Positions 57,041 through 64,000 of a stretch of 64,000 bases of DNA are shown here, piece by piece. The notes beneath the pieces are model-generated. The model worked only from the letters and a program-made list of their open reading frames with translations. It had not been told where the DNA came from and ran no database searches. Location of the stretch: the NCBI GenBank assembly GCA_046498265.1, contig JAWOBB010000064.1:8575-72574 (forward strand), written 5' to 3'. The first letter of the stretch is position 1, and each line of letters begins with the position of its first letter. The translations under genes and the position numbers were made by a program. The DNA comes from Dehalococcoidia bacterium. Its GTDB lineage: Bacteria > Chloroflexota > Dehalococcoidia > SZUA-161 > SpSt-899.

Positions 57041-58915
57041 ATGAGCTCATATTGGGTTGTTTTTCTCCCCTCGGGGAATAAGGTTCAGGTTCAAGAAGGG
57101 GCCTCGCTCTGGTCGGCGGCTTACCTGGCCGGCGAGGAGATCGAGACGATTTGCGGGGGGAAGGGTACCTGCGGAAAGTGCAAAGTACGGGTCATCGAAG
57201 GGACCGAACGGGGGATTGAATCGAGCATGTCCCATCTTTCCCCTCTCAGCGAAGCGGAACGTACTTATGCCGGGCGTGATAAACTTGACTTCGATGAGCG
57301 CCTCTCATGTCAGGCTCGGGTAACGGGTGACGTGGCGGTCTGGGTACTGGAGGAAAGCCGGGTGATTCGTTTTGCTTCCCAAAAGGCGGCCGGTGAGCGG
57401 GAGATTGAGCTCAATCCGGCGGTAAGAAAGTATTATCTCGAGATCGAGGCTGGAACAACTATAGAGCAATACGTCGCCGAACTTGAAAGCCGGTTCGGCC
57501 TCGCCGATCTGACCGTCGATCCCCAGGTGCAGTCCGATTTGCAGACTGTGCTCGATGGGGGTGGTGAAGGAATTACCCTGACGGTCTGGAATGAGAAGGA
57601 GATAATCCGAGCCGAGGTCGGCAGGCATGAGGCGGCGTACGGGCTGGCGCTGGATATAGGCACCACTACTGTTGCGGGCTATCTCTGTGATCTGGAAACC
57701 GGCGAGATACTGTTCACCGAGGCTGTGCTCAATCCGCAGATCAGGTTTGGCGAGGATATCATGAGCCGCATTGCTTATGCCAGGGACCACCCCGACGGGT
57801 TGGGCGAGATGAACCGGACCATCATCTCGGCGGTGAATGAGATGGTTCGGAGTATAACCGCTAGGGTTGGACTCAGTCCTGATGATATCGCTGAAATGGT
57901 GATGGTGGGCAACACGGTGATGCACCACATATTCCTGGGGCTGGATATCGTGCCGCTGGGCATGTGGCCGTTCCCGCCGGTAGTGGATCATTCAGTCAAT
58001 CGAAAGGCCCGCGAGCTGGGCCTTGAGATACTTGCCTCAGCGAATGTGCACACTCTCCCGATTGAAGCCGCTTACGTGGGGGCCGATAACGTGGGCGTGA
58101 TGCTGGCCGAGGAACCTTATAATCGGGACGAGGTGCAGCTTATTATCGACGTCGGCACCAACGGCGAGCTTATCCTGGGCAATCGGGAAAGGGTGCTTTC
58201 CGCCTCGTGCGCCACCGGCCCGGCCTTTGAGGGGGGCAATATCAGGTTCGGCATGCGGGCGGCACCGGGCGCCATCGACCGGGTCCGGGTGGATCCCTGT
58301 ACTTATGAGGTGAGTTTCAGCCTGATTGGAAAAAGGGGCTGGAGCGCTGAAATGAAGGCCCAGGAGATTCAGGCCCGGGGCATCTGTGGTTCGGGGATCA
58401 TCGATGCGGTGGCCGAGATGCTGGATGCCGGCATCATCAGAAATGACGGCGGTTTCGATAAGTCGCTGGTCTCCCCGCGGCTTCGGGCCGGTGCGGATGG
58501 CAAACCGGAATTTGTAATTGCCTGGAGCGGGGAAACCGCTATCGGGCGGGATATTGTGATAGTCCAGAAGGATATCCGTTCTATTCAACTGGCGATGGCC
58601 GCCATCTCCACCGGGGCCCGGTTGATGCTGCGCCGGCTGGGCATCGAGAAACCGGATAAGGTGGTCCTGGCCGGGGCATTCGGCTCCTTCATCGACCCCC
58701 GTCGGGCGCTGAAACTGGGCATGTTCCCCGATTGCGGGCCGGATGGTATCTCCTCGGTGGGAAACGCCGCCGGAGACGGGGCCCGAATTGCTCTCCTGAA
58801 CAAGGACAAAAGGGCGGAGGCGGACCGGATTGCCCGGGAAGCGGAATATATTGAGTTAACCGGGGAGCCCGGCTTCAACGAGGCTTTCATCCAGGCCACC
58901 CATTTCCCATCTTAG
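57041..58915 (+). CDS. RACo-like reductive activator of corrinoid proteins (2Fe-2S ferredoxin plus ASKHA ATPase/DUF4445)
   Basis: 624 aa. The N-terminus has a plant-type 2Fe-2S motif, CGGKGTCGKCKV...C. The ASKHA phosphate motifs are LALDIGTTTVAGY and IDVGTNGELILG, followed by CATGPAFEGG. Confidence 0.75.
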   Translation: MSSYWVVFLPSGNKVQVQEGASLWSAAYLAGEEIETICGGKGTCGKCKVRVIEGTERGIESSMSHLSPLSEAERTYAGRDKLDFDERLSCQARVTGDVAVWVLEESRVIRFASQKAAGEREIELNPAVRKYYLEIEAGTTIEQYVAELESRFGLADLTVDPQVQSDLQTVLDGGGEGITLTVWNEKEIIRAEVGRHEAAYGLALDIGTTTVAGYLCDLETGEILFTEAVLNPQIRFGEDIMSRIAYARDHPDGLGEMNRTIISAVNEMVRSITARVGLSPDDIAEMVMVGNTVMHHIFLGLDIVPLGMWPFPPVVDHSVNRKARELGLEILASANVHTLPIEAAYVGADNVGVMLAEEPYNRDEVQLIIDVGTNGELILGNRERVLSASCATGPAFEGGNIRFGMRAAPGAIDRVRVDPCTYEVSFSLIGKRGWSAEMKAQEIQARGICGSGIIDAVAEMLDAGIIRNDGGFDKSLVSPRLRAGADGKPEFVIAWSGETAIGRDIVIVQKDIRSIQLAMAAISTGARLMLRRLGIEKPDKVVLAGAFGSFIDPRRALKLGMFPDCGPDGISSVGNAAGDGARIALLNKDKRAEADRIAREAEYIELTGEPGFNEAFIQATHFPS

Positions 58916-59061
58916 GGACGCTTAGAGAATCCCACGAATCGAGAACTGCAGGGGCGGGTTTCGAACCTGACTTTTTTTAATCCAATGACATTAAAAATAT
59001 ATTTTGGTTGACCGGTTATGGTAAAATACCGTTTAGCAAAAAAAATAAAGGAGGAACAAAA

Positions 59062-62000
59062 ATGCAAAAGACGGTTAGTGTAGTGATGGTTCTGGTGCTG
59101 ACAGGGCTCCTTATGGGAAGTGCAGTTCTTCCTGCCGGGGCGGCCGATGTGCCGCTGAAAATCAATTACCAGGGATATCTGACGGATAATGCCGGAAATC
59201 CCGTAAACGGTGATACGCAGATCACATTCCGTATCTACGATACCGTAACTTCAGGTACAGGGACACTTAAGTGGGATGAAGTCAGAACTGTGCCAGTCTC
59301 GGACGGGCTGTTCAGCGTGGTTCTGGGCGGCAGCAGCCCGATGACGGCGGATATATTTAATACCGCCAGCTGGCTGGAGATCGAGGTAGAGAGTGATGGC
59401 CCGATGACCCCCCGCCAGGAGATGACCAGCACCGCCTACGCCATTCAGGCGGGGAATGCCAACAGTGCCTTTGCGTTGGATGCGCCGGATGGCGACCCTC
59501 AGGATGTAGTTTATGTGAATAACGAGGGGAAGGTGGGCATTGGTACCGGTACTCCAACCGCCGAACTGGAAGTAGGCCTGTCTGGACCTACCGCCGTAAA
59601 GGCTTCTGCGCCTACCCTTGCAGGAGCTTGCGATACCTCAACCATACCTAGAGGTATTTATGTGAGCGGAAAATATGCCTATGTGGCGGATGAGCTTGGC
59701 GGGCTGCAGATTATTGACATCAACGATCCCGGCTCCCCCACGCTTGTGGGGACTTATGATACGACAGGGCGAGCTCGGGAGGTTTATGCCAGTGGAAAGT
59801 ATGCCTATGTGGCTGCTGGGGGATCGGGAATGCAAATAGTTAATATCAATGATCCGGGTGCCCCCTGCCTTGAAGGGGTATATGGCAGCTCTGGCGAGGA
59901 CGGTGACGAGGCTTATGGAGTCTATGTGAGCGGGAAATATGCCTATGTGACCAATTATGGTTCGGGGCTGCGGATCATCGATATCAGCGATCCCGCATCC
60001 CCCGTCTTGAAAGGGGCTTATGATACCCCGGGCAGTGCTCGGGAAGTTTATGTCAGCGGTAAATACGCCTATGTGGCTGATTATAATTATGGCCTGCAGA
60101 TCATCGATATTTCCGATCCAGGCTCCCCCACGCTTGAGGGAACTTATTATACGGGTGCCGGTACTAACTACGCCCGGGAGGTCTATGTAAGCGGGAAATA
60201 TGCTTATGTGGCCGATCATGAATCAGGGCTGCAGATCATTGATATCTCCGACCCGGGCTCCCCTGCACTTACGGGAAGCTGTGATACTTCCGGTGTGGCC
60301 AGGAGCGTCTATGTGAGCGGTGAGTATGCCTATGTGGCTGCCGGCGGTTCTGGCATGCAGGTTATCGATATCGCCGATCCCTATTCTCCTTCGCTTGAGG
60401 CAATTTGCGAAACACCCGGTTATCTGTATGATCTCCATATGAGTGGAAAGTATGCCTATGTGGCTGATTATGAATCAGGACTGCAGATCATCGATATCTC
60501 CGGTATCGATACGCCGGCTATCTCGACAGGGAATGTCGAAACAGGGAATATTATGGTTACGGAGAATGCGGATGTTGGTAATAATCTCTATGTTCGCAGT
60601 GGAGTGAACGTGGGGCCGGGTGGATTGTATGTGGATGCCGGCAACGGCATCACCACGGATGGGGAGATTGTGGCGCTGGGTACCGTTACCGCTGCCGCTT
60701 TCGCCGGTGACGGGAGCGGGCTTACCGGCATTTCCGGAGATTCCGACTGGATCATCTCCGGGAGCGATATGTATGCGGGTGTGCCCGGTAAAGTCGGTAT
60801 TGGAACAACCAGTCCGAATACACTGCTTAATGTGGAAGGTACCAGCAGCAATCCCGTTATAAAAGGGGTGAACTACGGGGATGCGCAGGCTGTATTCGGG
60901 CTTAATTATGGTTCGATGGCGGCGGTCAGGGGGGCAAACAATGGCTCCGGCATCGGCGGGTATTTTACCTCCATGTCCGGTTACGGCCTGATTGTCGATA
61001 ACGGTGATGTTGGCATCGGAACTACTACTCCCTCCACAGCGCTGGAAGTTAATGGTACCGTCACAGCCACTGCTTTTGCCGGTGACGGAAGCGGGCTTAC
61101 CGGTGTTCCCGCTGATTCCGACTGGGTCATCTCCGGCAGCGATATGTATTCGAGTGTGCCCGGTAAGGTCGGTATTGGAACAACCAGTCCGAATACGCTA
61201 CTTAATGTGGAAGGTGACAGCAGCAGTCCCGTTATAAAGGGAGTGAACTACGGGGATGCGCAGGCTGTATTCGGGCTTAATTATGGTTCGATGGCGGCGG
61301 TCCGGGGGGCAAACAATGGCTCCGGCATCGGTGGGTACTTCACTTCCATGTCCGGTTACGGCCTGCTTGTCGACCATGGGAATGTCGGCATCGGAACCAC
61401 CACCCCTGATGAAAGTCTCGAGGTTGCCGGGAATATCCATGTCAGCGGCACTGGAAACGGCGTTATTTTCCCTGATGGCACGAAGATGAAAACTGCCACA
61501 AGCAACCCCATGCGGATTGCCCTCCTTCGCTGGTACGAGGCGAATGAGAGCGGTTACTCCTTCTCCGTTGGCGACAAGCCCAGGCGAGTGGCCTTCGACG
61601 GCACTAACATCTGGGTGACAAACTATTATGGCGACACGGTTAGTAAACTGGATGCGGCAACCGGCGGCGCCGTGGGCACGTATTCCGTCGGAGTCAAACC
61701 CGTAGGAATAGCCTTTGACGGTGTCAGTATCTGGGTGGCAAACAACAACGATTCCACAGTAAGCAAGTTGAATGCGGCCACCGGTAGTCCTGTGGGCACT
61801 TATTCTGTAGGTGACGTTCCTGTAGGAGTGGCCTTCGACGGGGTAAATATCTGGGTGGCAAACAGCGGTAGCGATACGGTGAGCAAGCTTGATCCGGCAA
61901 CCGGTAACACGGTTGGGGCGTATTCCGTTGGCGATCAACCTTATGGAGTGGCCTTTGACGGGGCTAATGTATGGGTGACAAATTACAATGGTGCTTCAGT

Positions 62001-62373
62001 GAGCAAGCTGGATGCGGCAACCGGCAGTACTGTGGGCACTTACTCGGTGGGCAATGGCCCCTGGGGAATTTGCTTTGATGGAACCAGTATCTGGATTGCA
62101 AACGTACTCGATGATACGGTGAGCAAGCTGGATGCGGCAACCGGCAGCACTGTGGGCACTTACTCCGTGGGCGATCAACCTTATGGGGTGGCCTTCGATG
62201 GGCGCAACATCTGGGTGACGAACGGGAGCGATAACACGGTGAGCAGGCTGAATATGGCCACCGGCAGCACGGTGGATACTTACTCCACGGGCAGCCTTCC
62301 CTTTGGAGTGGCCTTCGATGGCGCCAATATCTGGGTGGTAAACGGTAACAGTAACACCGTGAGCAAGTTGTAG
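59062..62373 (+). CDS. Large exported surface protein: INYQG-type N-domain, 7 LVIVD repeats, duplicated 125-aa tail-fibre-like module, 7-unit C-terminal repeat block
   Basis: ATG 59062 with SD AAAGGAGGA; the track uses TTG 59008. The signal is [27 protein letters not shown]. There are seven units of the type [28 protein letters not shown] (59640-60510). Two GDGSGLTG...[16 protein letters not shown] modules follow. Seven 40-aa units of the type [35 protein letters not shown] lie at 61560-62370. Confidence 0.8.
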   Translation: MQKTVSVVMVLVLTGLLMGSAVLPAGAADVPLKINYQGYLTDNAGNPVNGDTQITFRIYDTVTSGTGTLKWDEVRTVPVSDGLFSVVLGGSSPMTADIFNTASWLEIEVESDGPMTPRQEMTSTAYAIQAGNANSAFALDAPDGDPQDVVYVNNEGKVGIGTGTPTAELEVGLSGPTAVKASAPTLAGACDTSTIPRGIYVSGKYAYVADELGGLQIIDINDPGSPTLVGTYDTTGRAREVYASGKYAYVAAGGSGMQIVNINDPGAPCLEGVYGSSGEDGDEAYGVYVSGKYAYVTNYGSGLRIIDISDPASPVLKGAYDTPGSAREVYVSGKYAYVADYNYGLQIIDISDPGSPTLEGTYYTGAGTNYAREVYVSGKYAYVADHESGLQIIDISDPGSPALTGSCDTSGVARSVYVSGEYAYVAAGGSGMQVIDIADPYSPSLEAICETPGYLYDLHMSGKYAYVADYESGLQIIDISGIDTPAISTGNVETGNIMVTENADVGNNLYVRSGVNVGPGGLYVDAGNGITTDGEIVALGTVTAAAFAGDGSGLTGISGDSDWIISGSDMYAGVPGKVGIGTTSPNTLLNVEGTSSNPVIKGVNYGDAQAVFGLNYGSMAAVRGANNGSGIGGYFTSMSGYGLIVDNGDVGIGTTTPSTALEVNGTVTATAFAGDGSGLTGVPADSDWVISGSDMYSSVPGKVGIGTTSPNTLLNVEGDSSSPVIKGVNYGDAQAVFGLNYGSMAAVRGANNGSGIGGYFTSMSGYGLLVDHGNVGIGTTTPDESLEVAGNIHVSGTGNGVIFPDGTKMKTATSNPMRIALLRWYEANESGYSFSVGDKPRRVAFDGTNIWVTNYYGDTVSKLDAATGGAVGTYSVGVKPVGIAFDGVSIWVANNNDSTVSKLNAATGSPVGTYSVGDVPVGVAFDGVNIWVANSGSDTVSKLDPATGNTVGAYSVGDQPYGVAFDGANVWVTNYNGASVSKLDAATGSTVGTYSVGNGPWGICFDGTSIWIANVLDDTVSKLDAATGSTVGTYSVGDQPYGVAFDGRNIWVTNGSDNTVSRLNMATGSTVDTYSTGSLPFGVAFDGANIWVVNGNSNTVSKL
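60679..61428. repeat. Tandem 375-bp duplication inside the surface-protein gene
   Basis: Copy 1 is 60679-61053 and copy 2 is 61054-61428. GCTTTCGCC at 60697 corresponds to GCTTTTGCC at 61072, an offset of 375 nt (125 aa). Long identical stretches are present, for example GTGAACTACGGGGATGCGCAGGCTGTATTCGGGCTTAATTATGGTTCGATGGCGGCGGTC. Confidence 0.9.
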
Positions 62374-62474
62374 GAAGGCAGGAAATACCCGAGAGAGTTA
62401 TCGAAACGAAATTATTGCTGCGGGATATTTAACAGCATGATAGAAAGCTGTCATTTGAAATTAGGGGTTATTGA

Positions 62475-63026
62475 ATGAGAAAGTTGATGTTTAACAAGCT
62501 TGTTTTGATGACAGTAGTTGTAATAATAGTAGCCGCCGGGGTTGCTGTAGCCATGTCGAGTACCAGTTACGATCTGCCCTGGACCACCGGCGGGGGCGGG
62601 TCAAGTGGAGGCGGAGATCGCTCCTCGTCCAGCTACCAGCTTACCGATGTTACCGGACAGACGGCACCGGGCACGGCCTCCAGCACCAACTACCGGCTGA
62701 CCGGGGGGTTCCTGAGCATCATGCCCATCGATACCGGAACCATGGTGAAGGTGTATGTAGCTCTCCAGGGTGATAACCGCCCTTCACCGGAAGGATGGGA
62801 AGTGCCGCTTACCGTTTGTTTCTGCCCCGAGAACAGTGATAATGATACATTACTGAACCCGGGCACGGATGTTCCCTGTTTTACCGGTACTGCCAATGCC
62901 GAGTGGATTAACGGCGGAACGAGATCGACTGTCACATTAGGGCCGGTCAACCCCGGCACCTACGATATCACCGCCGACAGCAGCACCACTCTGTTGAATG
63001 TGAAGAGGAGTGTGCATATTCCGTAG
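62475..63026 (+). CDS. Small exported or anchored protein, unknown function
   Basis: 183 aa with an N-terminal TM segment (LVLMTVVVIIVAAGVAVA). It has a Gly/Ser-rich linker with SSSYQLTDVTGQ / STNYRLTGGF motifs, then a beta-rich C-terminal domain. It lies 100 nt downstream of the large surface-protein gene. Confidence 0.5.
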   Translation: MRKLMFNKLVLMTVVVIIVAAGVAVAMSSTSYDLPWTTGGGGSSGGGDRSSSSYQLTDVTGQTAPGTASSTNYRLTGGFLSIMPIDTGTMVKVYVALQGDNRPSPEGWEVPLTVCFCPENSDNDTLLNPGTDVPCFTGTANAEWINGGTRSTVTLGPVNPGTYDITADSSTTLLNVKRSVHIP

Positions 63027-63386
63027 GGGCAATTCATGAATTGCCCGAATACGAAAATTGTAGGGCATGACCTTTCGTGCCCTGATTCCAAAACCGTAGG
63101 GCCTTGTGCCCGCCCCTACGGTTTTGGTTTCTGTTCCTGCTGAGACCGCAGGAACAAGTAAATGTCATTGCGAGCCCGCTTCAGCGGGCTCGGCAATCCC
63201 CCTGCCAATCGGGGAGATCACCACGTCGCCCGGACGGGCTCCTCGTGATGACAGCTTGTAGGAATATATAGGACTCCTGGTGATGACAGCTTGTAAAACA
63301 ACGTCGGCCCTCTCGTAATGTTATACCAAAGCTGTCATTACAAGCAAAGTGTGACAATCCGTTTCTGAGCAGCGAGACCCGTTGCA
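63027..63386. repeat. Dense array of unrelated palindromic hairpins and short direct repeats
   Basis: Perfect 20-nt palindrome GGGCAATTCATGAATTGCCC at 63027-63046. A 14-bp stem CCAAAACCGTAGGG (63088-63101) pairs with CCCTACGGTTTTGG (63114-63127). GTTCCTGC/GCAGGAAC lies at 63133-63155. GAGCCCGC-ttca-GCGGGCTC lies at 63172-63191 within GTCATTGC...GGCAATC. The direct repeat GTGATGACAGCTTGTA occurs at 63245 and 63280. Confidence 0.85.
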
Positions 63387-64000
63387 CTATTTCCGTTTGT
63401 AGCGAATGAACAGGTGGTCGTCCAGTTCGATGTAATTCTGGGGCGGTATCACCAGCGTGGTCATGGGATGCTCAATGATCGCCGGGCCGTTGACCCGGTT
63501 GTCCGCTTTCAGCAAATCCATCTCCCATATATCGAATGTCTGCCACTCACTGTCCATGTAGGCCTGTCGCTGGCCCTTGGAGGCCTCCGACGGCGGCTCT
63601 TCACCGGCCGGCGAATATGATGGTATGACCGGCTTCTGCTTTTGGGCCACTGCCTCGACGTAAATCTCCGTGATCTGATATCCCGCCTCGGGATACCGGG
63701 CCCCGGCGGGGTAAATCCTGGTGTAGTGCTTCTCAAAGGCGCCGATCACCTTATCCAGGTCTTCAACGGTGTTCACCCGCCCCACCTCTACGGGGACCTC
63801 CCACTCCGACATCTGCCCGATGTAGCGGCAGGATATGCCGTGCCTGAAGGTGACGTCATCGCGGGCGATTCCTTCGGCTTCCAGTTCCGAGTATCCCTTC
63901 TCTTCCAGTTCCTGCCAGGTCATGCTGAGGATTCCTCCCTGCATGAGCTTAATGTCATCGGGCATATCCGGAGTCAGGAAGAAAGTAACCGCCTTGTCAT
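63387..64000 (-). CDS. Hydantoinase/oxoprolinase-family protein (HyuA-like), C-terminal part; the N-terminus lies beyond the window end
   Basis: The track starts it at ATG 63965, but the frame stays open to 64000 (..DKAVTFFLTPDMPDD..). The C-terminal NGPAIIEHPMTTLVIPPQNYIELDDHLFIRY is the typical end of hydantoinase A / acetone-carboxylase-beta-type proteins. Confidence 0.55.
   Translation of the reverse strand, partial: DKAVTFFLTPDMPDDIKLMQGGILSMTWQELEEKGYSELEAEGIARDDVTFRHGISCRYIGQMSEWEVPVEVGRVNTVEDLDKVIGAFEKHYTRIYPAGARYPEAGYQITEIYVEAVAQKQKPVIPSYSPAGEEPPSEASKGQRQAYMDSEWQTFDIWEMDLLKADNRVNGPAIIEHPMTTLVIPPQNYIELDDHLFIRYKRK

Noticed and set aside
58940-58985. tRNA-like T-arm string GGGGCGGGTTTCGAACCTGAC followed by a T-run
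   Set aside because: The arms do not pair (GCGGG against CCTGA), and no acceptor, D or anticodon stems can be drawn. It looks like a decayed GGGGCGGG...CCCGCCCC-type hairpin repeat, at most a weak terminator after the RACo-like gene.
63181-63387. 68-aa ORF (also 28704-28925, 2051-2263 and 46740-46973)
   Set aside because: These ORFs are read through the palindromic repeat elements, giving strings such as VITRSPSGRRGDL and KVYPVLDTEGE. They are artefacts of repeat sequence, not genes.

Overview
This looks like a chromosomal segment of an uncultivated, probably anaerobic bacterium. The gene content is reminiscent of Chloroflexota/Dehalococcoidia, but that is inference only. I saw no rRNA, tRNA or CRISPR array. 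The window has three parts. (1) 1-12.6 kb is a visibly more AT-rich island of ten co-oriented minus-strand genes. They encode exported, lipo- and membrane proteins: a Calx-beta protein, two beta-propeller proteins, a papain-like C39-type peptidase and several unknowns. A complete IS1595-family element with inverted repeats and a 9-bp target duplication sits in the 5' leader of the peptidase gene. (2) 12.6-58.9 kb is GC-richer housekeeping core. It holds the methylmalonyl-CoA mutase catalytic subunit and an eight-gene, translationally coupled operon for SAM by-product recycling (Zn-ADH, mtnA, mtnP, half-size MetE-like, adenosine kinase, PHP, GNAT, ahcY). It also holds an ADP-forming acyl-CoA synthetase alpha subunit, Lrp, a membrane pyrophosphatase, a bacterial translin, and thiE preceded by two FmdB zinc-ribbon paralogs. 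Further along are yraN-rnhB, secG, a SAM hydrolase (DUF62), a UbiA prenyltransferase, yajC, YihY and HtrA. Next comes the rpmH-rnpA-yidD-(PQQ propeller)-yidC-jag-ileS string, a coiled-coil/MBL fusion and pepA. The core ends with purB-purE-purD, a lipoprotein with about 17% Met, guaA, tsaC, an MFS transporter, rpiB, a polyprenyl synthase and an orphan RACo-like corrinoid activator. (3) 59-63.4 kb encodes an 1103-aa surface protein with two seven-unit repeat blocks and a 375-bp tandem duplication, plus a small exported partner. The window ends in a truncated hydantoinase/oxoprolinase gene. Intergenic spaces carry several families of palindromic REP/MITE-like hairpins and TCAG heptamer arrays. 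I found no clearly novel self-contained system such as a defence module. The best candidates for new biology are the SAM by-product operon with three unassigned members, a positionally conserved 5' element shared by two exported-protein genes, the repeat-element families, and several unusual proteins.
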